A DNA stretch of 64,000 bases, from contig OY970067.1 of assembly GCA_963705305.1 (NCBI GenBank), positions 1,504,001-1,568,000 of the forward strand. Direction: 5' to 3'. Below, one piece after another: positions 29,297 to 39,376 of this stretch. The notes under the pieces are model-generated. The model was not told the DNA's origin, ran no database searches, and worked only from the letters and a program-made list of their open reading frames with translations. This DNA comes from an uncultured Methylomirabilota bacterium. GTDB taxonomy: Bacteria > Methylomirabilota > Methylomirabilia > Methylomirabilales > 2-02-FULL-66-22. Each line of letters begins with the position of its first letter. Position 1 is the first letter of the stretch. Both the position numbers and the translations under genes were made by a program.

Positions 29297-30184
29297 TCAC
29301 GGGCACTCCCCCATGCCGGCCAGTAGGCGCTGCATCTGCTCCACCTCCGCCTCGCCCACCTGGGCGACCACGGGCGCGTCCGGGGGGCAGGCCGTGCTGC
29401 GGTCATGGACCGGGACCATCCGGATCTTCCCCGACTCATCCGCCCGGTAGGAAGGCTGGGAGGTCAGGTAGTTGTAGGGGAAGAAGGGGAATCGCGTCTT
29501 CGGCGGCATCAGCAGGGTGAATCGGCTGTCGTCCGGTGCGTACTCGATCCGCGCGCCATCCGGGAGCCTCACCGGGCACGCGCTCTGCAGCGGGCGGTTC
29601 GCTTCGATCCGGCGGAATCGCGCGCGACCCGCCCGCGTCTGCTCCACGCGAGCGAGGGCGAGCTGGTAGGCGACGAACTGCCGGAGGGCCCGCTGGCGGG
29701 ATGCGTCGCCGACGGGCCAATACCCCGCGAATGCCACCACCATCCCCAGCAGGGCCGTGGTCAGCACGAGCAGCGCGATCCCCGCGGGCAACAGCCGCCC
29801 CGGATCCGCCGACGCGAGGTGCGGGGCCCGGCCCCCGGCCGTGCGGGCCCCCAGCCCCCATCGCAGCATCTGCACGCCGCGCTGCAAGCCGAGGATCCCG
29901 AAGATCCACGCCACCAAAAAGCCGATCCCCCCGCTGGCCCCCGAGACCAGAATGGCCAGCACGGCCGACGCGCCGCGCAAGAGACGCCATCGCTTCGCGC
30001 GAGGCTGGAGCACCCGCAGAATGGCGTAGGCGCCGCCCGCCAGGGAGAGGAGGATCATCACAGGGAGGAGCCCCACCTCAGCCAGGAGCAGCTGCGGGCC
30101 GGGCGGCTGGTTCGCCTGGGCCACCCCTGCCGCTGCCATGAGCGCGATCGCCGTGCCGAGTCCCGTCGTAGTGGCGCGTGTCAT
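29297..30184 (-). CDS. hypothetical multi-pass membrane protein with extracytoplasmic C-terminal domain
   Basis: Signal plus several hydrophobic helices; C-terminal SYRADESGKIR and three Cys. Confidence 0.65.
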   Translation of the reverse strand: MTRATTTGLGTAIALMAAAGVAQANQPPGPQLLLAEVGLLPVMILLSLAGGAYAILRVLQPRAKRWRLLRGASAVLAILVSGASGGIGFLVAWIFGILGLQRGVQMLRWGLGARTAGGRAPHLASADPGRLLPAGIALLVLTTALLGMVVAFAGYWPVGDASRQRALRQFVAYQLALARVEQTRAGRARFRRIEANRPLQSACPVRLPDGARIEYAPDDSRFTLLMPPKTRFPFFPYNYLTSQPSYRADESGKIRMVPVHDRSTACPPDAPVVAQVGEAEVEQMQRLLAGMGECP

Positions 30185-30227
30185 CTCCGGATTCCCTCCG
30201 GTCCGGGCCCCCGCAGCCGATTATGGC

Positions 30228-30455
30228 TCAGGGGGCCAGAAGCTTTTGAATCAACGCCACCAGCATCCATCCGAGGCCGGCGGCCACACATGCCACCGTC
30301 AGCAGCATGAACCAGTGCGGACGGAACCCCGTCACCTCCGCCGGCGGCGGAGGCGGCCGGCGGATATCTCGGACGAGCTTGATCACGAGCAGCACGATCA
30401 GGACGCTGAAGGCCAGCATCAGGAGCCAGAACTCCAGGGGGAGAAATGCCAGCAT
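30228..30455 (-). CDS. small two-helix membrane protein
   Basis: RBS AGGAG; two hydrophobic segments flanking RPPPPP. Confidence 0.6.
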   Translation of the reverse strand: MLAFLPLEFWLLMLAFSVLIVLLVIKLVRDIRRPPPPPAEVTGFRPHWFMLLTVACVAAGLGWMLVALIQKLLAP

Positions 30456-30464
30456 CGCGCTCTC

Positions 30465-31072
30465 CTAGCCGGACCGGTGCAGGACCGGCACCTCCCAGGA
30501 AAACCGCCAATCCGCCGCCGGCATGAACCGGCTCCGCTCGAAGCTCCATTGCCCCGGGGAGGTCTGCTCCAGGGCGTAGCCGCTCCACACCAGCCTCATG
30601 CCCTCCCCGTGCAGGGTGTACACGGCGGCCTCCAGCGGCCGCCGCCACGGCCGGGTCGTGGTCAGGAGATAGCGCCCCCCTCCCAGGCTGGTGCACGCTG
30701 CCGGTAGCGCACCGCAACCCGGACCTCTTCGTGGGCCCCAAAGCGGACGTCAAACGCCATCCGGCCCAGCAGCGTCCGGACGGGCAAAGCTACAGGCATG
30801 GGCGTGAGGCGGGTGACCGTCAGCTCCGTGGACGCGGGGTGCTCCGCATCCACCGGCAGCGGCACCGTGAGGCCCTGCGTCACGGGAAATGGCCAAGGGT
30901 TGCGGTAGACGTAGCATCCCGCGACGAAAATCTCGTCGGGCTCCAGCGTGATGTCGATCCGCTCGCGGACAAAGCGCACGATGGGCAGCAGGCCGGCGAG
31001 GAACGGGAGTGCGAGCAGCAGGGCCACGACCGTCAGCCACGGCCCGCCGGTGAGCGAGCGCTCCCGCGGCAT
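30465..31072 (-). pseudogene. membrane-anchored protein (DUF4424-like) with a frameshift at a homopolymer
   Basis: MPRERS..FVRERIDI..VRYRQRAPAWEG | RYLLTTTRPWRRPLEAAVY..FMPAADWRFSW*; break at the C6 tract 30675-30680. Confidence 0.6.
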
Positions 31073-31137
31073 CAGGTGTGCACGGCTCAGGCTGCCACTA
31101 TTTCCTCCGCCGTCCCGTTCCGGGGTCCCGCCAGGGG

Positions 31138-31476
31138 TCAATAGACGACCCGCAGGCCGGCACAGTGCGCCGTGGCCCACTTCAGGTACTCCTCGCCGCA
31201 GAGGGCCTTCTTGGCTCCCTGCACCGGAGGCATGCAATCCAGATACTGGCTTCGGGGACACGTGTACCGGGGAGCCTCCGGCGGCTGGACGGCCGGGGCC
31301 GGCTGCGCTTCCGGATGGGGCACGACCTGGGGGGCGGGAATGACCGGAATGGTCGGCGCGAGGGTCGGTCCGGTCGATTCGAGGGTCCCGGCGTGGGCGG
31401 CCGGCGGCCATCCGATGAGACATCCGGCGGCGAGCAGGCCTCCGAGCCGCCACATAGCAGATTTCCCCCGCATCAT
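31138..31476 (-). CDS. secreted Pro-rich protein with 4-Cys C-terminal domain
   Basis: Signal ending AHA, Pro-rich linker, CP..LDCMPP..C...C. Confidence 0.65.
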   Translation of the reverse strand: MMRGKSAMWRLGGLLAAGCLIGWPPAAHAGTLESTGPTLAPTIPVIPAPQVVPHPEAQPAPAVQPPEAPRYTCPRSQYLDCMPPVQGAKKALCGEEYLKWATAHCAGLRVVY

Positions 31477-31553
31477 CGCACCCCCATCTATTTCTGCCCG
31501 CCGGCTCCGCAGGCCAGGAGATGCCCCGGCGCGTCCGGCGCACTCCCCTGACC

Positions 31554-32804
31554 CTATGGGTTCGGATTGGTGACCCGTCCCTGGAACAGGACCACTCCGC
31601 TGGCATCGTGGCGGATGAAGACCAGGAACGGATGGTCGGCCGTGAAGAACACCGGCCTCGGCCCTTCCCGGCCTATCCGGGCCGTGGGGAGATCCATGCG
31701 GGCCGCCGTGGCGGCGGCCGCCTCGGTTCCTTGCTCCGTGACGGCGACGTATGTCTGGTGGTACACCTCGGAGAGCTTGAGATCTTTGCCGGTCGTCATG
31801 CCCGAGAAGTCAGCCTCCGGCCCGAAGGCGTCCCGCATCCCGAGGGCCTTGAGGGCCGTGGACAGGCTGAACTCGGATCGAAACGTGAAACGAGGGAGGG
31901 CCACCGCCACATCCTGGAATGAGGCTTTGCCTCCCAGCTCGTCGAGCCGCTCCGGGGTGATCCAGCGCTCGAGTGCGGCAAGCCCGTCCCGCTTCCTGGG
32001 CAGGACGATCCACATGGAGGCCTGGCCGGACGCATAGGGCAGCTGAAGGCACTGCAGCGCATCCGTCTCCGCAATGAAGAGTTTTTCGCGGAGATGCATC
32101 GTGGACACGCCAGATTCCTGGCGTCCCCCGACGTAAAAGGTGTCAACATGGGTCGCGTGGGGACTGAATTCGAAGGCCCAGGCGCTCTTGAAGTACAGCG
32201 CATTGACCAGGACGAGGCGCGTCAGGGATGAGACGCCGCCCCCCGGCACCAGGTCGACGATCTTCCCTTCCGTGACCTTGGACACCCAGCCATTGATGGC
32301 CTGCCGCGCCCCCTCCGGATTGCCCTGGAAATCCACCGCATTCGCTTGGGCCCCGTACACCTGCTCGGCCGTCTGCCGAAAGGCGGGCTGGAACGGAAAC
32401 CCGTCCTGGGCCCAAAGTCCGTTTGCCACCCGGAGGGCGCCGGTCGCCCTCTGGGCCGGTTTCGGCTGTTCCTGGACGGCCGTCTGGAGGTTGGCAAACG
32501 CCGCATTGATCGCGCCCCCGCTCCCGGCCAGGTGCAGCACCCGACCCATCTGCTCGGCGGTGCGGCCCAGGGCACCGGCGCGGGTCATGGCGAGGGCCGT
32601 CTCGATGGAGTAGGGTGAGATCAGAACATTCTCCTCCGGCCGTCCAAGCTGGCGAATCAGGTCGAACCCGAAGGCATTCACGGCACCGGCCGCCTCCGCG
32701 GGGGGGCCGGCTGTCGCGGCATGGGCCGCCCCTCGCCATCCGCCCACTATCCCCAGTACGATCAGCCCCAAGATCCATCCAGTATTCCTGCGCGCCTGAC
32801 GCAT
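31554..32804 (-). CDS. secreted serpin
   Basis: ISPYSI, INGWV..TEGKI, LVNALYFKSAW, LPRF, hinge EQGTEAAAAT, FTADHPF. Confidence 0.95.
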   Translation of the reverse strand: MRQARRNTGWILGLIVLGIVGGWRGAAHAATAGPPAEAAGAVNAFGFDLIRQLGRPEENVLISPYSIETALAMTRAGALGRTAEQMGRVLHLAGSGGAINAAFANLQTAVQEQPKPAQRATGALRVANGLWAQDGFPFQPAFRQTAEQVYGAQANAVDFQGNPEGARQAINGWVSKVTEGKIVDLVPGGGVSSLTRLVLVNALYFKSAWAFEFSPHATHVDTFYVGGRQESGVSTMHLREKLFIAETDALQCLQLPYASGQASMWIVLPRKRDGLAALERWITPERLDELGGKASFQDVAVALPRFTFRSEFSLSTALKALGMRDAFGPEADFSGMTTGKDLKLSEVYHQTYVAVTEQGTEAAAATAARMDLPTARIGREGPRPVFFTADHPFLVFIRHDASGVVLFQGRVTNPNP

Positions 32805-32994
32805 TCCAGCCTCCAATGACTGCCTAGCGTGCCCCGATCCGCGTGCCCGGGCCGGCGGAAATCGCCCCGTCATGGCCCGCGACGTCCACCCCCTCCCTCT
32901 GTCGGTAAGACACCGGCGGCCCGGTTTGGTTCCCCGTCGCGGCCGACCGAGTTTGCCGCATGACATCGGCGGAGCGGGACAGCGGGCAGGACGC

Positions 32995-34166
32995 TAGTCT
33001 ACCGTGTCACACAGATGCCATCTTATGCAGCACTGCTCGAGCCCGCTCGACTTTCGCCAGGATGTCCTCCACCTTGGCCGTCCAGGTGAACGACCGGGGG
33101 TGGCGGTTGTGGTGTGCGATGAAGGCCTCAATGGCGGCGATGAGGTCGGCGACGCTCTTGAAGACGCCCCGGCGGAGCCGCTTGGTCGTGAGCTCCCGGA
33201 ACCACCGCTCGATGAGATTCAACCACGAGCTGCTGGTCGGAATGAAGTGCATGTGGAAGCGTGGGTGGCGGGCGAGCCAGCGCTGGACCGCAGGGTGTTT
33301 ATGGGTGGCGTAGTTGTCCACGATCAGGTGGAGGTCCAGGTCGGGCGGGGTCTGCGCGTCGATCAGCCGGAGGAACCGGAGCCACTCCTGGTGCCGATGC
33401 TTGGGCAGGCACGTGCCGATGAGCTGGCCCGTCACGAGCCCCAGGGCGGCGAAGAGCGTGGTCGTGCCGTTCCGCTTGTAGTCGTGGGTCAGGGTGCCGC
33501 ACCGGCCCTTCTTCAGCGGGAGGCCGGGTTGGGTGCGGTCGAGCGCTTGGATCTGGCTCTTCTCGTCGGCGCACAGCACCAACGCGTGCTCAGGGGGATT
33601 CAGGTACAGCCCCACCACATCGGTCAGCTTCTCGAGGAACCGCCGGTCGCGGCTCACCTTGAACGGGCGGACCCGATGCGGCTTCAGGCCGTGGGCCTGC
33701 CAGACCCGGTGCACGGTCTTCGGGCTCACGCCGACCGCGGCCGCCAGGGTCCGCGTGCTCCAGTGGGTGGCGGCGGGCGGCGCGCTGGTTGTCGTCAGGG
33801 TGACGATGCGCTGCAGGACCGCCGGGGCGATGGCGGGCGTCCGGCCGGGGCGCGGGGCATCCCGCTCGATCCCGGCCAGCCGCTGCTGGGCGAAGCGAGT
33901 CCGCCACCGACCCACACACTCGCGATCCGTGTCCAGGGCCCGGGCGACCTCGTCGTTCCGCTGCCCCGCCGCCGCGCGCAGGACGATCTGCGCCCGGCGC
34001 ACGAGGCGCGCGGGGGTGCGCCGCCCCCGTGCCCAGCGTTCCAAGATGGTGCGTTCCTGCGGGCTCAGCACAATCGGCACCGCCACACGCATGGCTTGCT
34101 CCTCCTCACCGAGGAGCATACCAGAGTACGTACTATAAGTCACCGTATTTATGACACACTAGACTA
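32995..34166 (-). mobile_element. IS630-family insertion sequence
   Basis: Imperfect terminal IRs TAGTCTACCGTGTCAC / TAGTCTAGTGTGTCAT, each end within CTAG (TA target); single transposase ORF. Confidence 0.92.
33007..34092 (-). CDS. IS630-family DDE transposase
   Basis: [57 protein letters not shown]. Confidence 0.96.
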   Translation of the reverse strand: MRVAVPIVLSPQERTILERWARGRRTPARLVRRAQIVLRAAAGQRNDEVARALDTDRECVGRWRTRFAQQRLAGIERDAPRPGRTPAIAPAVLQRIVTLTTTSAPPAATHWSTRTLAAAVGVSPKTVHRVWQAHGLKPHRVRPFKVSRDRRFLEKLTDVVGLYLNPPEHALVLCADEKSQIQALDRTQPGLPLKKGRCGTLTHDYKRNGTTTLFAALGLVTGQLIGTCLPKHRHQEWLRFLRLIDAQTPPDLDLHLIVDNYATHKHPAVQRWLARHPRFHMHFIPTSSSWLNLIERWFRELTTKRLRRGVFKSVADLIAAIEAFIAHHNRHPRSFTWTAKVEDILAKVERARAVLHKMASV

Positions 34167-34451
34167 GCACCCGGCTGGGGACGCGTCAAGGAGGCGACGT
34201 TCCCTGCGGGGAGTTCCGCGGGATATAAGGAGAGGCAGACAAGGCAAAGGGAAGGACTCGATTTGTTCCGCGGCGTCGTGCTAGTGTCCCAAGTGAGAAA
34301 TCGAGGAACGACTGTACGGCCTGCGGGAGCACCTCCGGAGACCCGCTGGGTGCATCGGACCGCAGCCGGCGGGTCATTCACAGGGCGGATCTCTTCCGGG
34401 TTCCCGGCTGTCTCGTCACTGTGCCGCAAACCGCACGAAGGAGGAGGACAG

Positions 34452-34778
34452 ATGCAGCCCGAAACGCCCATCGCGGCCATCATGCTGCGCGGCGCCGACA
34501 ATGTCGCCACGGCCCTGCGGGAGCTGGCGGCCGGAGAGCAGGCGGTGGTGGGGGTCCAGGACCGCAGGGTTGTCGTGTGCGTGCTCCAGCCCATCCCCTT
34601 CGGCCACAAGCTGGCGATGGCCGATATCCCGCAGGGGGCGAACGTCGTGAAGTACGGGGAAGTCATCGGCCGGGCCACGCAGACGATACCCGCCGGCGCC
34701 CATGCGCATGTCCACAACATCGAGAGCCTGCGCGGGCGGGGCGATCTCGAATCCAAGGGGACGGGCCATGGAATTTAA
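34452..34778 (+). CDS. UxaA-family small subunit (SAF domain; SuyA-like)
   Basis: DNVATAL, IPFGHKLA, VKYGEVIG, HVHNIESLRGRGD. Confidence 0.9.
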   Translation: MQPETPIAAIMLRGADNVATALRELAAGEQAVVGVQDRRVVVCVLQPIPFGHKLAMADIPQGANVVKYGEVIGRATQTIPAGAHAHVHNIESLRGRGDLESKGTGHGI

Positions 34779-35928
34779 GGGCTACCGGCGGCCGGACGGG
34801 CGGGTGGGCACGCGGAACTACGTGGGCGTGCTCTCGACCGTGGTCTGTGCGAATGAGGTCGCCGGGCGGATCGCCCGGGAGGTGCAGGGGGCGACCGCCT
34901 TTATGCATCACCAAGGCTGCGGTCAGATGCCGGTCGACGTGGCCCGGGTCAGTCGGACCCTGGTCGGGCTCGGCCAGAACCCGAACCTCGCCGCGGTGCT
35001 CCTGGTCAGTCTGGGTTGCGAGAGCGTGAAGGTGGAGGAGGTGGCCCGGGAGATCGCCGCGTCCGGGAAGCGCGTGGAGCAGCTGGTGATCCAGGAGGAA
35101 GGGGGGGCGGCGCGCTCGGTCGCGAAGGGCGAGCTGCTCGTCCAGGATCTGGTGATGGAGGCCTCGACTCTCTCCGCGTGTCCCTGCCCCGTGTCCGAGC
35201 TGGTGCTTGGCCTCAAGTGCGGGGCCTCCGACACCACCCAGGGGCTGTTCGCGACCCCGGTGGTGGGCATCGCCTCGGACATGCTGGTGGGAGCAGGCGG
35301 CACATCGGTGCTCGGGGAGGTCACGGAGTTCATCGGGGCCGAGCACATCCTGGCCTGCCATGCGCGGACGCCGGAGGTGGCGACCCAGATCCTTGCCCTG
35401 GTCGAGCGGATGGAGCGGCGCGCCAAGGCCATGGGCTGCGACATGCGCGGGGGGCAGCCCACGGGAGGGAACATCAAGGGCGGGCTCTCCACGATCGAGG
35501 AAAAATCCCTGGGGGCCATCGCCAAGGCGGGGACTTCCCCCGTGGAGGCCGTGTACGAGTATGGAGAGCGCCCGCAGGTGAAGGGCTTGGTGGTCATGGA
35601 CTCGCCCGGCCGGGAGCCGGAGATCCTCACCGGTCTGGCCGCCGCGGGGTGCACGCTGATCGCCTTTGCCACCGGGCGTGGCGCCCCCCAGGGCTTTCCC
35701 TTTGTCCCGGTGGTAAAGATCACCGGCAACAAGGTCACCTGGGAGAAGCTCCACGACCATATGGATTCCTACGTGGGGACGATCATGGAGGGGGTCGAGT
35801 CTCTGCCGGCGGCAGGGAAGCGGCTCTTCGCCGAACTGGTGGAATTTGCCTCGGGGCGGCTCACGAAGGCCGAGATCTGCGGCTATACCGACTCGATGGA
35901 CATCTACGTGCTCGGACCGGTGATCTGA
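34768..35928 (+). CDS. UxaA/GarD-family dehydratase large subunit (SuyB-like)
   Basis: GYRRPDGRVGTRN, HHQGC, LGCE, KCGASD, GNIKGGLSTIEEKSLG, FATGRG. Confidence 0.92.
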   Translation: MEFKGYRRPDGRVGTRNYVGVLSTVVCANEVAGRIAREVQGATAFMHHQGCGQMPVDVARVSRTLVGLGQNPNLAAVLLVSLGCESVKVEEVAREIAASGKRVEQLVIQEEGGAARSVAKGELLVQDLVMEASTLSACPCPVSELVLGLKCGASDTTQGLFATPVVGIASDMLVGAGGTSVLGEVTEFIGAEHILACHARTPEVATQILALVERMERRAKAMGCDMRGGQPTGGNIKGGLSTIEEKSLGAIAKAGTSPVEAVYEYGERPQVKGLVVMDSPGREPEILTGLAAAGCTLIAFATGRGAPQGFPFVPVVKITGNKVTWEKLHDHMDSYVGTIMEGVESLPAAGKRLFAELVEFASGRLTKAEICGYTDSMDIYVLGPVI

Positions 35929-36034
35929 GGGGGCGGTTGGGGTGTGATCCGCTTCCCCCCGGGGGAGGAACGCGGGGTGCAGCGTTTTGATCCTGCCAGG
36001 GGAGAATGGCGGAAAATCGCAAGGGGGAGCTGCC

Positions 36035-36826
36035 ATGGCGGATGTGAAAGTGTACCAAGACTACGGTGAAGAGCTTGAGAGAAGACTGCGCCTGAAGACC
36101 TTTCCCATGGCCCTGAAACTCCTGGAAAAGGAGCAGGATATTCCTGCGGGGGCCCAGAGGCCCCTGAAGGACTTCGGCCATCACCTCTCCCTGTGCCAGG
36201 TCTTCCAGATGTCGCGCCGGGAAGGACGGACCGTGGCCATGCTGAAAGAGGACCACTGGTGTTTCGAGCCGGTCGTCGGCTACGGACTGGCCGAGCCCCC
36301 CGACTATTTTCTGGCGGGCCATAACCGGTATCCACGGGACGTGGCGACGCTGGAGGCCGGCAGGCACTATGCCGCGGAGTTCCCCCGCGTGGAGGCGGGG
36401 AGATATGTCGGGATGGTCTCGGCCCCCCTCCGCACCACCAGTTTTGAGCCCGATCTGGTGGTAATCTACTGCGACCCATCGCAGCTGTGCCTGCTCCTGC
36501 TGGGGCGGGAATACCGGGAGGGATACAACCTCAAATGTGAGATCTCCGGCCACGCGGCCTGCGTCTACGGCGTCATTCCGGCGATCAAGAGTGGGGAGTG
36601 CCAGGTCGCCGTCCCCTGTCGCGGCGACCACTATCGGGCCATGGCCGGGGATGAGGAGATGGTGTTCACGGCGCCCCGGGGCAAACTGGATGACTTGATG
36701 CTGGGCCTGCGGAGCATCGAGAAGACGGGCTCGAAGCTGCCGACCGGGTATTCGCTCCTCCCCGAATATCCCTTGCCGGAGAGCTACCGGAAGATCGGGC
36801 AGATGATGGGGTATCTCAAATCGTGA
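36035..36826 (+). CDS. DUF169 family protein
   Basis: LRLKTFPMALK, LCQ..MSRR.G, FEPDLV..Y..P.Q, AAC, PCRGD. Confidence 0.8.
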   Translation: MADVKVYQDYGEELERRLRLKTFPMALKLLEKEQDIPAGAQRPLKDFGHHLSLCQVFQMSRREGRTVAMLKEDHWCFEPVVGYGLAEPPDYFLAGHNRYPRDVATLEAGRHYAAEFPRVEAGRYVGMVSAPLRTTSFEPDLVVIYCDPSQLCLLLLGREYREGYNLKCEISGHAACVYGVIPAIKSGECQVAVPCRGDHYRAMAGDEEMVFTAPRGKLDDLMLGLRSIEKTGSKLPTGYSLLPEYPLPESYRKIGQMMGYLKS

Positions 36827-36940
36827 CGCAGGCAGCGTCCGGCACGATAAAGAAATCCGCACCGCCCCTGGGCGGCCAACAGCACGAGACGCGGTAGAGA
36901 GAGCCGCGGCGCGGGCGGCCGGGTCTTCATGCTCCGCCAG

Positions 36941-37843
36941 CTATGCCGTGCACTCCGGGCCCTGCGGGCTTCCGCCGAGCCGCTCCCGGACGTGCCGCAG
37001 CTGTCCTTCCAGCCCGCCCTCGCCCGGCAGGGTCCGGCGCACGCCAAACACGGGGGGAAGCGGAAGCCCGCGCTCACGGAGGAGCCGTGCCAGCTCCTCG
37101 ATGAACACGCCCGATTCCGCTTTCTCGGAGGTGTCCCGGTCCAGCCCGAGCATGGTCCCTTTTCCCTTTGAAACCTCCACGCCGCAGGAGGGGCTGGGGT
37201 TCATGCCAATGATCCCGAGGATCGTGCATCCGCATGCCTGGTACGCCTCGACCTGGTCGGCCACCGTTTCGGCCACGCGGCGGAAGGCGCCCCGGATTGC
37301 CGCGTCCGACCCCACGGCCCAGCCCGTCTTCTCGAGCCCCAGGCACAGGAACTCCGGGCAGGGCATCTGGACGATCCCCACCTCGTGGTGCAGCAGCAGC
37401 TCGACCAGGGGGATGTTGGCCCCCGGAAACTCCGCTCCCTCGGGGAAGCGGGTGTTCATATTCAAGAAACAGTGGGCCAGAAAGACCACGCGACGATTCC
37501 GTTTGTCCCCGAGAAAGAGGTACCCGAGGCGGAATGCGTCGGAGAACTCCCCGTCGAACTGCACATCGCCGGTGACCCACAGGGCGAGAAAGAAGGGAAG
37601 CTCGCGCCGGGCCAGCCTCCCCAGGACGTCCCGCGAGCAGCGGAGCGTGAATCGGGACTCGCCGGGTGCCGTGAGCGCGACACCCCCGTCCCCGATCTTC
37701 ATGAAATAGGTCCCGCCGTCGATGTCCCACCGGATGGTCCAGGGCTCGGCCCTTGGGTGCCGCCGCCCGGACCTGTCCTGGTTCGCCCGCACCACGAGCG
37801 TGCGCAGATCATCCGCTATAGACGAGCGAGTCATTTTCATCAT
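36941..37843 (-). CDS. SCP2-like domain fused to a DUF523/TudS-related desulfidase-like domain
   Basis: N-terminal FFLALWVTGDVQFDG; C-terminal AHCFLNMN, QMPCPE, SPSCG, GVFIEEL. Confidence 0.75.
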   Translation of the reverse strand: MMKMTRSSIADDLRTLVVRANQDRSGRRHPRAEPWTIRWDIDGGTYFMKIGDGGVALTAPGESRFTLRCSRDVLGRLARRELPFFLALWVTGDVQFDGEFSDAFRLGYLFLGDKRNRRVVFLAHCFLNMNTRFPEGAEFPGANIPLVELLLHHEVGIVQMPCPEFLCLGLEKTGWAVGSDAAIRGAFRRVAETVADQVEAYQACGCTILGIIGMNPSPSCGVEVSKGKGTMLGLDRDTSEKAESGVFIEELARLLRERGLPLPPVFGVRRTLPGEGGLEGQLRHVRERLGGSPQGPECTA

Positions 37844-38172
37844 CCTTTCCGTACGGGCTGTTCTGCGTTCGGCGCGGGCACCCCCGGCCTTGTCGCCGGT
37901 CCGTCGGCGGAAGGAGCATTTCGCGGCGCAACCGGATGTCAAGACCGGCCGCGGCGGGTCGAGCCGGGTCGTGAAATCAGAGGCGCATGACGACGGGCCG
38001 GACGCTAGCACCGGGCAGAGGGCGTGTCAAGGCGGCGGAATTCTCCATGGGCGCCCACGCGTTGACACCCGGGAGAACCGGTGTCTATCATACGACAGCA
38101 CCTTCCGTCCTTCTCTCGGGGGCGTGCCGGTCCGCGGGCGCCCGGCGTGGAACAGATCCAATGGAGGGATTC

Positions 38173-39342
38173 ATGAGCGCGTGGTTGAGAGCCGCCTGGC
38201 AGTGCCTGGGGTGCCTTCTCCTGCTCTCTTTGGCCTCCCCCGGGCCGGCCCGGGCCGATATGGGAATGATCCGGGCGTCCAGCGCGAGAGTGCATGAGGA
38301 CGCGCAGAAGGCCATCATTCTGCACAATCTGGAGGAGGAAGTTCTGATCCTCGGAACCGACCTCGCCGCCGACACGCCCACGACCATCGTCCGATTCATC
38401 GCGTTTCCCTCCGAGCCCGTGGTCAGTCTGGCCCAGCCGGACGCGTTCACCGCCGCGGCCAAGCTCATCGCGGAGAACCGGCTGGTGTTCTTCCATTATT
38501 CCAAGAGCAAGGGCGGCCCCGCGCCGGAGGCCGTGGAGCTCCGGTTTCACGAGCGGCTGGGCGCGCACACGATCACCGTGATCAAGGTCAATGACGCGTC
38601 GCAGATACGGCGCTGGGCGAACGAGTTCTTCCGCCCGGAGGGGCTGCCGCCGCAAGAACGCTACGCGGAAATCGAGTCTGTCGTGGACGATTATGTAAAG
38701 CGGGGCATCGACTACTTCGTGCTCGACGTGGTCGGGGTGACGACGCAGACGCGCTTCATCGAGCCAATCCAATACCGGTTCAAGTCCGAGCAGGTATATT
38801 ATCCACTCAAGACCACGAACACCTTCGGGGGCCACGGGGAGATCGACCTGATCGTGTTTGCGCCCCGGACCCTGTGCCAGCCGCTGGCCGACGGGTATTT
38901 CAAGGGCTGCTTCGACCTGGAGCGGATGTCCGGCAGCACGTCAGCGCAGGTCAGTCCGGCGCAGCTCGGGAAGATCTACGCCGATGCGGATGCCTTCTTC
39001 AAGGGGGAGCATATCTATCTGCAGCTGACGCGCTGGTACGGCGCGTACCAATTTGACCGGGATATCCGCTGGCGCCCGTCGCGGGGCGTGGACGCCGCCC
39101 TGTCGGCGGATCAGCTCATCGGACCCGGCTCCAACAACTATGCCGACGCCGTCTCCCGCATGTTCCCCGAGGCCCGATGCCACGTCCGGCCCGACCCCGG
39201 GCCGTGCAAGGCCCGCCTGGAGCGGTATTACTACGACGCGACCGCGAAGCGGTGCGCAGAGTTCGCGTGGGGCGGCTGTCAAGGCATCGTGCCGTTCACG
39301 ACCAGGGAAGAGTGCACCGTGAACTGCGAAGGAGCAAAATGA
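38173..39342 (+). CDS. secreted DUF2330-like protein with C-terminal Kunitz/BPTI domain
   Basis: Signal ending ARA; QKAIILHN..EVLIL, YYPLK; Kunitz pattern C..GPCKA..YYYD..C..F.WGGC.G..F.T..EC..C at 39178-39327. Confidence 0.8.
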   Translation: MSAWLRAAWQCLGCLLLLSLASPGPARADMGMIRASSARVHEDAQKAIILHNLEEEVLILGTDLAADTPTTIVRFIAFPSEPVVSLAQPDAFTAAAKLIAENRLVFFHYSKSKGGPAPEAVELRFHERLGAHTITVIKVNDASQIRRWANEFFRPEGLPPQERYAEIESVVDDYVKRGIDYFVLDVVGVTTQTRFIEPIQYRFKSEQVYYPLKTTNTFGGHGEIDLIVFAPRTLCQPLADGYFKGCFDLERMSGSTSAQVSPAQLGKIYADADAFFKGEHIYLQLTRWYGAYQFDRDIRWRPSRGVDAALSADQLIGPGSNNYADAVSRMFPEARCHVRPDPGPCKARLERYYYDATAKRCAEFAWGGCQGIVPFTTREECTVNCEGAK

Positions 39343-39376
39343 GGGCAGGCCGTCTCTCCGGTGCAGGCAGACGGGG

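Noticed and set aside
26355..29450. 1031-aa plus-strand ORF
   Set aside because: Antisense to tcuAB; low-complexity composition.
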